DNA of 64,000 nucleotides from Eledone cirrhosa. Lineage: Eukaryota. The notes beneath the pieces were generated by a model that saw only the letters and a list, made by a program, of their open reading frames with translations, had not been told where the DNA came from and made no database searches. The stretch spans positions 280,426,001-280,490,000 of the forward strand of contig OZ024741.1 of assembly GCA_964016885.1 (NCBI GenBank), given 5' to 3'. Made by a program: the position numbers and the translations under genes. Every line of letters begins with the position of its first letter. The first letter of the stretch is position 1. Positions 13,163-26,590 of this stretch are shown in pieces.

Positions 13163-13383
13163 TTCAAACCTAATTGACCTGTTGTATCAGTAGAGAAGGT
13201 TCAAATCTAGTTGACTTGTTGAGTCTATAGAGAAGGTTCAAATCTAGTTGACCTGTTGTGTCTATAGAGATGGTTCATATCTAGTTGACCTGTTGAGTCT
13301 ATAGAGAAGGTTCAAATCTAGTTGAGTTGTTGAGTCTATAGAGAAGGTTCAAATCTAGTTGAGTTGTTGAGTCTATAGCGAGG
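13163..13383. repeat. 37-bp minisatellite, about 6 copies
   Basis: TTCAAATCTAGTTGACTTGTTGAGTCTATAGAGAAGG units (starts at 13200, 13237 and so on). Confidence 0.9.
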
Positions 13384-13427
13384 CACTTAATTCTCAAAAA
13401 CCCAGTAATCCTAGCATAAGATATATA

Positions 13428-13800
13428 TAATTGTTTCTACTTTTGGCACAAGGCCAGCAATTATCCCAGTGTATTACTGGTACTTTATTTTATCGACCCC
13501 GTAAGGATGAAAGGTAAAGTTAACCTCGGCGGAATTTGAACTCAGACCATAAAGGGCCGTAACTCTTCACTGAAAAACATGGCGTCCGACCCTCTACCGA
13601 TACTGCCAATAATTGTTTCTATTTTTGGCACAAGGCCAACAAATTATCCCTGTGCATTACTGGTACTTTATTTTATCGATCCCGTAAGGATGAAAGACAA
13701 AGTTAACCTCGGCGGGATTTGAACTCAGAATGGCAAAGGCCGTAACTCTATGCATCAAAGCATGGCGTCCGACTCTCTACCGATACTGCCAATCCATCGC
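13428..13800 (-). mobile_element. Tandem pair of a second tRNA-derived SINE family
   Basis: Two ~185-bp units with box B GAGTTCAAAT(C/T)CC and the central domain GCCTTTCATCCTTACGGGGTCGATAAAATAAAGTACC. Confidence 0.82.
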
Positions 13801-14362
13801 TCTGTTGGTTTCAATATTGAGTGTTTCAGTTCTTTATTCAATGGAACAGCCTGCTTATTAAATTAACATGTAAGCAGCTGAGAATTACATTAATGCTATA
13901 TCAATAAAATAAAATCCCAATCAAGTAGTGGGGGTTGATTTAATCAACTCTTCCTTTCCCTAAAATTGCTGGCCTTGTGCCAAAATTAGAAACCATCTGT
14001 TTTACTTGGCTCAATCTACTTCAAAATCCAATGCTTGACATAAGAAAGATTTTCTGATGAAAAAAAAGAAACACCACCAAATCTATACAAACATCAGAGA
14101 AATACTAAAATGAAACTAACAAACAAGATATTTTACATGTAACAACCACAGGTAACTGTGCTGTCAGTTCATCATGGTCAAGGACAACATTATATAGGTT
14201 TCAATTGAATTTATATTTACATTTCATGGGAAAGGTCTTTAATTACATTTATGAAGGTTGAGTCAGCATTCATTGAAAGCCAGTTTATGTATGTTAAAAA
14301 TGGAATATGTTCGCATGTACTGATTAATACTTCACACAACAGTTCTGACACAACATAAAATA

Positions 14363-17300
14363 GAACATTAACTCTCTACTGTACAGACAACACAACACTC
14401 TACTGTACACATAATAGACAGTACAACACTCTACTGTACACATAACAGACAATACAACATTAACTCTACTGTACAGACAACACAACACTCTACTGTACAC
14501 ATAACAGACATTACAGCATTAACTCTACTGTACAGACAACACAACACTCTCTACTGTACAGACAACACAACACTCTACTGTACACATAACAGACAGTACA
14601 ACATTAACTCTACTGTACAGACAACACAACACTCTACTGTACACATAACAGACATTACAACATTAACTCTACTGTACAGACAACACAACACTCTCTACTG
14701 TACATACAACACAACACTCTACTGTACACATAACAGACAGTACAACATTAACTCTACTGTACAGACAACACAACACTCTACTGTACACATAACAGACAGT
14801 GCAACATTAACCCTACTGTACAGACATCACAACACTCTCTACTGTACAGACAACACAACACTCTACTGTACACATAACAGACAGTACAACATTAACTCTA
14901 CTGTACAGACAACAAAACACTCTACTGTACACATAACAGACAGTACAACATTAACTCTACTGTACAGACAACACAACACTCTACTGTACACATAACAGAC
15001 AGTACAATATTAACTCTACTGTACATACAACACAACACTCTACTGTACACATAACAGACAGTACAACATTAACTCTACTGTACAGACAACACAACACTCT
15101 ACTGTACACATAACAGACAATACAACATTAACTCTTCTGTACACATAACAGACAGTACAACATTAACTCTACTGTACACATAACAGACAGTACAACATTA
15201 ACTCTACTGTACATACAACACTCTACTGTACACATAACAGACAGTACAACATTAACTCTACTGTACATACAACACAACACTCTACTGTACACATAACAGA
15301 CAGTACAATATTAACTCTACTGTACATACAACACAACACTCTACTGTACACATAACAGACAGTACAACATTAACTCTACTGTACACATAACACAACACTC
15401 TACTGTACACATAACAGACAGTACAACATTAACTCTACTGTACAGACAACACAACACTCTACTGTACACATAACAGACAGTACAACATTAACTCTACTGT
15501 ACAGACAACACAACACTCTACTGTACACATAACAGACAGTACAACATTAACTCTACTGTACAGACAACACAACACTCTACTGTACACATAACAGACAGTA
15601 CAACATTAACTCTACTGTATATACAACACAACACTCTACTGTACACATAACAGACAGTACAATATTAACTCTACTGTACAGACAACACAACACTCTACTG
15701 TACACATAACAGACAGTACAACATTAACTCTACTGTACATACAACACAACACTCTACTGTACACATAACAGACAGTACAATATTAACTCTACTGTACAGA
15801 CAACACTCTACTGTACACATAACAGACAGTACAACATTAACTCTACTGTACATACAACACAACACTCTACTGTACACATAACAGACAGTACAACATTAAC
15901 TCTACTGTACATACAACACAACATTCTACTGTACACATAACAGACAGTACAACATTAACTCTACTGTACATACAACACAACACTCTACTGTACACATAAC
16001 AGACAGTACAATATTAACTCTACTGTACACATAACACAACACTCTACTGTACACATAACAGACAGTACAACATTAACTCTACTGTACAGACAACACAACA
16101 CTCTACTGTACACATAACAGACAGTACAACATTAACTCTACTGTACAGACAACACAACACTCTACTGTACACATAACAGACAATACAACATTAACTCTTC
16201 TGTACACATAACAGACAGTACAACATTAACTCTACTGTACATACAACACTCTACTGTACACATAACAGACAGTACAATATTAACTCTACTGTACATACAA
16301 CACTCTACTGTACACATAACAGACAGTACAACATTAACTCTACTGTACAGACAACACAACACTCTACTGTACACATAACAGACAATACAACATTAACTCT
16401 TCTGTACACATAACAGACAGTACAACATTAACTCTACTGTACATACAACACTCTACTGTACACATAACAGACAGTACAACATTAACTCTACTGTACATAC
16501 AACACAACACTCTACTGTACACATAACAGACAGTACAATATTAACTCTACTGTACAGACAACACAACACTCTACTGTACACATAACAGACAGTACAACAT
16601 TAACTCTACTGTACAGACAACACAACACTCTACTGTACACATAACAGACAGTGCAACATTAACTCTACTGTACAGACAACACAACACTCTACTGTACACA
16701 TAACAGACAGTACAACATTAACTCTACTGTACATACAACACAACACTCTACTGTACACATAACAGACAGTACAACATTAACTCTACTGTACAGACAACAC
16801 AACACTCTACTGTACACATAACAGACAGTACAACATTAACTCTACTGTACAGACAACACAACACTCTACTGTACACATAACAGACAGTACAACATTAACT
16901 CTACTGTACAGACAACACAACACTCTACTGTACACATAACAGACAGTACAACATTAACTCTACTGTACATACAACACAACACTCTACTGTACACATAACA
17001 GACAGTACAACATTAACTCTACTGTACAGACAACACAACACTCTACTGTACACATAACAGACAGTACAACATTAACTCTACTGTACATACAACACAACAC
17101 TCTCTACTGTACAGACAACACAACACTCTACTGTACACATAACAGACAGTACAACATTAACTCTACTGTACATACAACACAACACTCTACTGTACACATA
17201 ACAGACAGTACAATATTAACTCTACTGTACAGACAACACTCTACTGTACACATAACAGACAGTACAACATTAACTCTACTGTACATACAACACAACACTC

Positions 17301-18578
17301 TACTGTACACATAACAGACAGTACAACATTAACTCTACTGTACATACAACACAACACTCTACTGTACACATAACAGACAGTACAACATTAACTCTACTGT
17401 ACATACAACACAACATTCTACTGTACACATAACAGACAGTACAACATTAACTCTACTGTACATACAACACAACACTCTACTGTACACATAACAGACAGTA
17501 CAATATTAACTCTACTGTACATACAACACAACACTCTACTGTACACATAACACAACACTCTACTGTACACATAACAGACAGTACAACATTAACTCTACTG
17601 TACAGACAACACAACACTCTACTGTACACATAACAGACAGTACAACATTAACTCTACTGTACAGACAACACAACACTCTACTGTACACATAACAGACAAT
17701 ACAACATTAACTCTTCTGTACACATAACAGACAGTACAACATTAACTCTACTGTACATACAACACTCTACTGTACACATAACAGACAGTACATTAACTCT
17801 ACTGTACATACAACACAACACTCTACTGTACACATAACAGACAGTACAATATTAACTCTACTGTACATACAACACTCTACTGTACACATAACAGACAGTA
17901 CAACATTAACTCTACTGTACAGACAACACAACACTCTACTGTACACATAACAGACAATACAACATTAACTCTTCTGTACACATAACAGACAGTACAACAT
18001 TAACTCTACTGTACAGACAACACAACACTCTACTGTACACATAACAGACAGTGCAACATTAACTCTACTGTACAGACAACACAACACTCTACTGTACACA
18101 TAACAGACAGTACAACATTAACTCTACTGTACATACAACACAACACTCTACTGTACACATAACAGACAGTACAACATTAACTCTACTGTACAGACAACAC
18201 AACACTCTACTGTACACATAACAGACAGTACAACATTAACTCTACTGTACAGACAACACAACACTCTACTGTACACATAACAGACAGTACAACATTAACT
18301 CTACTGTACAGACAACACAACACTCTACTGTACACATAACAGACAGTACAACATTAACTCTACTGTACAGACAACACAACACTCTACTGTACACATAACA
18401 GACAGTACAACATTAACTCTACTGTACAGACAACACAACACTCTACTGTACACATAACAGACAGTACAACATTAACTCTACTGTACATACAACACAACAC
18501 TCTCTACTGTACAGACATCACAACACTGCTGTACAGACATCACAACACTGCTGTACAGACAACACAACATCTACTGTA
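14363..18578. repeat. 4.2-kb satellite with a 59-bp dimeric unit (35 bp + 24 bp monomers sharing CTCTACTGTACA)
   Basis: CTCTACTGTACACATAACAGACAGTACAACATTAA + CTCTACTGTACAGACAACACAACA repeated about 70 times with variants. Confidence 0.97.
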
Positions 18579-18744
18579 CTCAAAAGCGTACATTGGTTGT
18601 TGTCCTTGGTCGGCTTCTTTGATAGGTGTCCTCGTGATAAGATGGCTAAAACATTGCTTGGAAACCTGCTGCATCAGCCACTCCAGCTCGTATGTTACAT
18701 CTGTACATACATACATACATTCTTTCTCGGGTAGAATGAACTCC

Positions 18745-19222
18745 TTCATATTTTGCAAAGGAATGTAGCAGTCTGGTGACCATGGACAACACAACCCTCT
18801 CTGCTGTACACATAACAGACAGCACAACATTAACTCTACTGTACAGACAACAGACAATACACTAACTCTACTGTTCAGTTTTGTGTGATTTTGCAAAGGA
18901 AAGTAGCAGTCTGGTGACCAAGGACACTGAAGGTTTCAGTAGCAACTGACATGAAAAGGCAGTAGTTAGTCAAGTTGCAGTATTTGGATAGCTTTCACTT
19001 CTCTGTGTTACAGACAGCGTGCCCAGGTTTGTGGTTGAAGAGATAAGGTTGGGCATGGAGAGTGTCACAGTACATGGTGTCCCAGATTAGAGATTTACCT
19101 CCCTTGAAATGGAAAAGGGTTATCCCCTCTGGGGAATTACTTGCAGAACTGTCAAGATCAACAAGCTCCAGTTGTGATGGGAAACTGGCTACATCAAGGT
19201 TCCTTCTGATGACATCATTCAA
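18745..19222 (-). mobile_element. CRE-like RLE-domain fragment
   Basis: PEGITLFHFKGGKSLIWDT..CDTL resembles RPDG.T..PW..G..L.WD.T..DTL. Confidence 0.65.
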
Positions 19223-19229
19223 AGTGACA

Positions 19230-19685
19230 TGCTAAGTCTACCGACGTGTACAATGAGATATTTTGGCATTGGTGCTTGTTGTACATGTAAATAATCTCTC
19301 ACGTTTACATTGCACATGTTTTGTTGGTTGAACAATGTAAATGTTAGAGAAGGGCAGAGCTTGGATGAACTGCAGGAGAAATTGGGTTTAAGAGAAATCC
19401 AAAGTGGTGTGCAAGAGAGAAGACTACATTGGTAAGGCCACTGATGATGATTACTGGGTGAAGAAGTGTCAGGAAATCCCAGTAAAAGGAAGTCGTAATA
19501 GAGGTAGACCAAGGAAAACCTGGACAGAGAGGGTGAGAGATGACCTCAAATCGCTGAGACTCACAGAGGAGATGATGAAAGAACGGGATGAGTGGAAAGA
19601 TGCTGTTCTGAAAAATACCTGTCTAACCCATGCGAGAGTGGAAAAACAGATATAAAAATGATAACAATAACAACAATGATGTTGG
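19230..19685 (+). mobile_element. Old RTE 3' fragment
   Basis: WVKKCQEIPVKGSRNRGRPRKTW motif and tail. Confidence 0.7.
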
Positions 19686-20124
19686 TGATGGTAACAATGT
19701 TTTAGTATTTTTTAGCCTTGATTTGCTCTGGTTGAGAAGACCTTTGATCAAAGGCATTCCACCTGTGACCATTTTGTCTTCTTTGTTTAGGCATAATGAG
19801 TATAGGACTACATTATCCAATGTATCCTTCCCATTTAAAAAATGTTAGGGTGGTGTGATGTGAAAGGTTTGACTATTATTGCTAGCAGGCTGGACAACCA
19901 AATATAGGAACTCTTACTAACTGGCTTGTTATAGTGTTGTTGTTGTTGTTGCTATGGTGGTTGTCCATGTTAGGGTAGATGTTATTTATAAACGTGGTGG
20001 TGGAACAGATTAGCTGAGGTGGTTGTGACTGGATGGTCATTAAATGAAAGGTGGTGGTGGTGGTGGTCAGCCTGGTGGGGTAGCATTGATTAGAGGAGGA
20101 GATAGAGCTAGATGGTGGCGTGTC

Positions 20125-20418
20125 TTTTCCTACTTCCCCTCTTTCCCTTTTCCTCCTTTCCCCTCTTTCCTTTTCCCTCCTTCCCTCTCTTTCCTTTTCC
20201 CTCCTTCCCTCTCTTTCCTTTTCCCTCCTTCCCTCTCTTTCCTTTTCCCTCCTTCCCTCTCTTTCCCTTTTCCTCCTTCCCTCTTTTTCCCTTTTCCTCC
20301 TTCCCTCTCTTTCCCTTTTCCTCCTTCCCTCTCTTTCCCTTTTCCTCCTTCCATCTCCTTCCCTTTCCTTTTTCTCTCTTTTCCTCACCCTCCACCTCTC
20401 TCCCCTCCTCTCTCTGTT
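20125..20418. repeat. Pure polypyrimidine 24-bp tandem repeat
   Basis: TTCCTTTTCCCTCCTTCCCTCTCT units, almost no purines on +. Confidence 0.9.
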
Positions 20419-20627
20419 CTACACAGTGATTGTGGCAGTGGTTGTGATGGTGATGGTGGTGGTGGTCTAGAAGTAGAAACTGGTTTCACATTCCTTCCCT
20501 GCATACATAATTAACATTGATTGCATCAACCGGCTGAGTCTTGCAGGTCAACAACTGCACTGTTGCTGCTGCAGCTGTTCCCTTACTGCTGTAGCTTCTG
20601 TTGTTGTTGATGGTGGTGATGCAAGTA

Positions 20628-20671
<44 letters not shown>

Positions 20672-20932
20672 ACATATAAACTAATGCAGCAATTTGTATG
20701 ACATACTAGCAGCACCAACATTACACATCCTATTATCACACATACATACATGTATACATGATGATGCATATATATATTTATATATATACACACGCACACA
20801 CACGCACACACACAGACATATAGATACATATATATACACACGCACATGCATGTACATATACATACATGCATGCATACATACATACTTTCATATATACACA
20901 TATATGTATGTATATGCACATATATACACATA

Positions 20933-21198
20933 TATGTATGTATATGCATCATCATCATCATCGTTTAACGTCCATATTCCACGCTTGCATGGGTTTGGAC
21001 GGGAGTTTTCCCACTTGAGGCAAGAGTGGTTGTCTTGCTCACATAGGACTGTCTGGCGAGCCGTAGAAAACCCGCCAGACAGTCCTATGCGAGCAAGACA
21101 ACCACTCTTGCCTCAAGTGGGAAAACTCCCGTCCAAACCCATGCAAGCGTGGAATATGGACGTTAAACGATGATGATGATGATGCATATACATACATA
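20933..21198. repeat. Near-perfect fold-back palindrome of an RTE-tail repeat
   Basis: Arms about 20933-21058 and 21073-21198, 14-nt spacer, one mismatch (21041/21090). Confidence 0.93.
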
Positions 21199-22986
21199 CA
21201 CACATACATACATATGTATATAAATATATATTGGGCTTGCAATCGAAAGGTTGTGAATTCAATTCTCAGACTGGGTGATGTGTTGTTTCCTTGAGCAAGA
21301 CACTTTACTAGTTTACTGAGCTGTAGAAATGAGATGATAGGACTGGGTCCCTATCATTCCACTGCAAAGTGGTCGTGGAGGTGCCACGTCAAAAAAGCAC
21401 CCAACCCACACTGTAAATTGACGTGTAGGTGCCACGGAAAAAAAAGCACCCAGCACTGACTGTAAATGAGGTTGGTGTTAGGAAGGGCATCCAGCTGTAG
21501 AAATCAAGCCAGAATCAGTTCCCGTCCCACCCTTGCAAGCAGGGAAAAGCAGACGTAAAATGATGATGATGAGGAGGATACACACACACATAGATACATA
21601 GATACACACACACATGCATGTACATATACATACATGCATGCATACATAAATACATACTTTCATATATACACATACATACATACATACACACATACATATG
21701 TATATAAATATATATTCACATACTTACATATATATATATATGTATATACTGTAAATGTGGTTGGTGTTTGGAAGGACATCCAGCTGTAAAAACCCTGGCC
21801 AAATTTACAGTCCTGTTGCAGCAAGGTACACGCATATATATACACACACATGCATATATATATAAATATATATGTGTGTGTGCATATCATCATCATTGAT
21901 TACCGTCTATCTTCCATGCTAGCATAGGTTAGACGGGTTTGTCCCATTTAGAGGCAAGTTGGGTCGGGTGACCATGTTTTGCTTAAATGGGTGGGTTTCT
22001 GGCTGGTTTTCTATGGCTGGATGCCCTTCTTAACGCTAACCACATTGACAGTGTGTGCTGGGTGCTTTTTGCCGTGTATTTTACACGTCCACTTTACAGT
22101 GTGGGCTGGTTTTCTACGGCTGGATGCCCTTCTTAATGCCAACCATATTTACAGTGTGTGCTGGGTGCTTTTTGTCGTGATACCTACATGATCACTTTAC
22201 AGTGTGGGCTGGATGTTTTGTGGTACCAGTATAATATACATATATATACATACATGCATATATCATGATAATGATATACACATATATATATATATATATA
22301 TATTTGTGTGCATGTACATATACGATATATGTAATATACATACACATATCATACTATACATACACACTTCATATTTATATACATACATAAATATATCATC
22401 AATCTCGTCGATTAGTGTCCATCATTCATGGGTAGGACGGATTGACCCTTGTTTAACTCATCTGAGGCAGATTTTGGCTTGGTTTCTACAGCTGGGTACC
22501 TTTCCTCCCACCAACCCCATTTATAGTGTGTTGGGTGCTTTTTGTTGTGACACCTACACGACCGCTTTACAGTGTGGACTCGGCACTTTTGTCTTGGGAC
22601 TAGGGAGGGGGAGGAAGCTTGGGGGAAAATATGGACAGGGTAATAGGGGAGGTATGGTTACCACTAAGAAAGTGAAGGAGAGGGGATAGAAGATTGAGGA
22701 AGGTATTGCCTACTAGGTGTAAGCCTCATCCTGAGAATAATAGAGAGCGGGTCTTCTGTAAAACTGCATAACGTCAGAGGTCGCGGTCCTGTGTCATTGC
22801 CTTTGAGAGGTGTATACACATATATTCACATACATACAACTTGCTGACAAAACAGCAAGAACTCAGCTGTTAGGCACTAAAACTTTACTATACAAGCTGA
22901 ACAATGGTCTCTGAAAACTAAGCTGATAACACCCAATATGCATTCATATATATATATATACACACTTCCTCTTATCCCACATATAC

Positions 22987-23038
<52 letters not shown>

Positions 23039-23169
23039 GGGGGTGTGTGTGTGTATACATGTTCACACACGCACAATCCAGCATTTCCTTTTCTGTGTTG
23101 CTTTTCTTACATATACACAAACATGTACATAAATACACAAAAATTAGCAGCACCAACAAAGCTGTCCAT

Positions 23170-23259
23170 TTCTCTCTCTCTCTCCTTATACATACAGACA
23201 CACACACACACGCACACACTCTCACTCTCACTCTCTCTCACTCTCTCTCACTCTCTCTC

Positions 23260-23349
<90 letters not shown>

Positions 23350-23425
23350 GCACACACATTCCGTCTCTCATATACACATTCAGACACACTCTTACACATA
23401 CACACTCACACACACACACACATAA
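23170..23425. repeat. (CT)n/(CA)n microsatellite
   Basis: Direct reading. Confidence 0.93.
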
Positions 23426-23849
23426 AAACACACATGCACTCTCTTTCACATGCACTCTGTCTCTTGTATTTTCTTCACTCACAAAACACTTCAATACATT
23501 TGACAAAAGAGCTTTGTCATCATAGATGTTAGAAATAGCAGCCAGGTTTTGCTCAAATTAAATCCTACTCTTAAAAATTAAAGGTTATATTAGATAATAT
23601 CATAGATAATCCAAAAGAAGACAGGATAGTCAAGGGTGGAGTGTCTTGGATCATAGTTCTCCTTGATCATAGTTCTCCTTGACCACAGACATGTACACAC
23701 TATATATGTACTATATGTATGTGTATGTATATAATTAGAGAGTCGGGACTCGACAGCTGAGCTCTTGCCGTTTCAACAGCAAAGTAAGTATCGAGTACTC
23801 TGCTGAATAGTGGTCTTACTAGTTTAAGATTGGTAAACTCCTGATCTCT

Positions 23850-24552
23850 CTCTCAAAATGAAAGGCAGACTGTATGATGCATGCATACCAACAGCAATGT
23901 TGCATGGTAGTAAGACCTGGGCATTGTGTGTAGAAGACTTGCAGAGATTGGAAAGAAATGAAGCTTGAATGCTCTAATGGATGTGTAATAGTAATATATG
24001 TGAACAGCAAAGCATAAATGAACTGAGAGAGAGACTAGGCATAACTGGAATCAAATGCTGTGTGCAGAAGAGGAGATTACAATGGTATGGACATATGATG
24101 TGTATGAAGGATGGCAGCTGTATAAAAAGATGCAGAGTGCTCAGTCAATGGTAGCCTTGGAGTGGGGAGTCCAAGATGACCTGGGATGAGGTGATAAAAG
24201 CTGACCTTGCCTAATTGCACCTCTCAAAGGCGATGACACAGGACACAGATCCCTGGTGTTACACAGTAATACAGAAGACCCGACTTCCCACGGGCACAGG
24301 CTGAAGTTGAAACATATATACAGTATGCCATGTCCACCCACCCTTCCACTTTAAATTGGTTGTGTAGCTGTCATGATAAAAAGCACCCAATACTCCCTGT
24401 AAATGAGGTTGGCATTAGGAAGGGCATCCAGCTGTAGAAATCAAGCCAAAATCAGACCTGTATGAGCAAGACATGGTTACCTGATCTAGCACTGCCCACA
24501 ACAGGACAACTTGTCTAACCCACGCTAGCGTGGAAAAATCGACATAAAACGG
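23850..24552 (+). mobile_element. RTE 3' fragment
   Basis: Homologous to about 43830-44575 (MKGRLYDAC, 3' UTR). Confidence 0.82.
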
Positions 24553-25129
24553 GCACTTACAAATGCTTTAGCAGTAGGGGGTTACATGATGATCAACTTT
24601 AGAATGCAATGTGGTGGTAAAAGGATTTGTCTACAGCAACAGTCAAAGCTATATTGTTAGCATCTCAGTTAAATAGGAGCATCAAGTCTGATGAGCAGAT
24701 TGTGGCTGGAGTCGAGTCTATAACACTAATATATATGGATCCTGTGCCACCCATCTGTGAAATGTTCATAATTGAGCCTAATCATCGTCATCACTGTTTA
24801 ACATCATCTTTCCATGCTTGCATGGGTTAGACAGGTTGTCCATGTTATGATACAAGTGGCTGCACCATATCTTGCTCAAACAGAACTGTATTTTGGCTGT
24901 TTTTTTTATAACTGGGTACCCTTTCTAACACCAACCACGTTTAACATGTAAAACCCATTAAAAACCTAAATGTTAAACCTCATTTTTAGTGCTAATATTA
25001 GTACGTTCCTCAGTAAATCACAAATCTACTGAATCACCACCTAATATATATATGTAATGCAGTGGTGTTAAAAAACTCATCTAGCTTATTTATTTGTGTG
25101 TGTGTGAATATATATATATATGTGCGTGT

Positions 25130-26040
25130 GTGTACAGATGAGCTGTCAGTAAAGTGAGAGTAGGAAATGAGTTTAGTGAGGAATTCAAGGTACAGGTAAG
25201 AGTTCATCAAGGTTCAGTTCTTAGCCCACTGCTGGCCATAACAGAAGAGTGTAAAACAGGCTGCCCATTGGAACTTCTTTATGCAGATGATTTGGTCTTT
25301 ATAGCTGAAACCAAAAAAGAACCAGAAAATAAATTCTGATTATGGAAACTGAATTTGGAATCAAAAGGTCTGAAAGTAAACTTAGTCAAAACTAAAGTGC
25401 TAGTGAGTAGGAAAGAGATTGGACCCAGATTCCCTCAGAGAAGTGGCCCTGCTCAATATGTAGAAAGGGAGTAGGCATAAACTCCATATGATGTACACAC
25501 TGTAAATCTTGAATACACAAAAGATGTGGGATAACGTGTAGACTTACAGGAAGGGAGACATGCATGTAGAAGATGCACAGGAGAAATTTAGGGGAAGAGT
25601 GCCTATGATATAAACCTTTTCCAGTCACAGGAAGTATCCATAGACATTGTTGATAGCTTCTGCTATCTAGGTGACCTAATTAACAGCTGGGGAGGGTGCG
25701 CCGAGAGTATAATAGCTAGAATAAGGATAGGATAGAAAAGATTTAGAGGACTACCCCCCACTGCTGACAACAAAAGGTTTCTCCCTACATACAAAAGGAA
25801 GGCTGTATGACACCTGTGTGTAGTGCTCGATGTTGCATGGTAGTGAAAGAAGGGCTTTAACTGCAGAGAACATGCATAGACTGGAGAAAAATGAAGCAAC
25901 CATGATACATTGGATGTACAATGTAGATGTTAGAGAAAGGCGGAGCTTAGACGAGCTGAGGAAGAAGCTAGGTTTAAGGGGAATTCGAGGTGATGTGCAA
26001 GCATATAAAAGTGGACTTAAAAACGATGAAGATGATGATA
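25130..26040 (+). mobile_element. Diverged RTE RT/PHD fragment
   Basis: VHQGSVLSP, LLYADD, KWPCSICRKGVG, MLHGSE motifs with stops. Confidence 0.82.
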
Positions 26041-26085
26041 CATATTTATATATATATATATTTATACATCATCATCATCATTTAA

Positions 26086-26302
26086 CCCTTTAGCATTTAA
26101 GGTGGCCATATCCGGCCAGAATTCTCTCACCTCTTTCTGTTCAAACTGGCTGTAACCAGCTGCTTATACTGATGTTAAGGTATTGTTCCCAATATTAACA
26201 TGAAAATCTCATAGATTTGAAATTATGTGAGATAATTATGTAAGATAAAACCTTTACCACAAAAATACAATAGTATATATATATAGTAATGTAAAAGCTA
26301 GG

Positions 26303-26303
<1 letters not shown>
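26086..26303. mobile_element. piggyBac-type MITE, same family, right TIR decayed
   Basis: Similar to 48639-48859 over its length; TTAA at left. Confidence 0.82.
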
Positions 26304-26346
<43 letters not shown>

Positions 26347-26559
26347 ATATATATTAGAAAGTGAGGTTTTTTTTACAAAATGAAAAATAACCGAGGTGTC
26401 CTACACGAGTGAAAGTATAAAGAAAAAGAGATGAAATCGAAAATGCAACTGGAGTCTTATTTTTAAAAAAAATATATATATTTATTTGGTTCCTTTACTG
26501 GTTTCGCAGTTTTTTTAAAAAATAAGACTCCAGTTGCATTTTCGATTTCATCTCTTTTT

Positions 26560-26590
<31 letters not shown>

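Noticed and set aside
14054-14072. CTGATGA...GAAAC hammerhead-like core
   Set aside because: The intervening sequence is poly-A, so there is no stem II.
14363-18578. CRISPR-like alternation of a constant 12-mer with 'spacers'
   Set aside because: The spacers are two recurring sequences rather than unique ones, there are no cas genes, and the context is a eukaryotic intron. It is a satellite.
19882-23532. Numerous low-complexity ORFs (also 2152-3151 and 27520-28002)
   Set aside because: Translations of microsatellites and simple repeats.
24688-24725. CTGATGAG followed by a weak stem
   Set aside because: No GAAA core or stem I complement.
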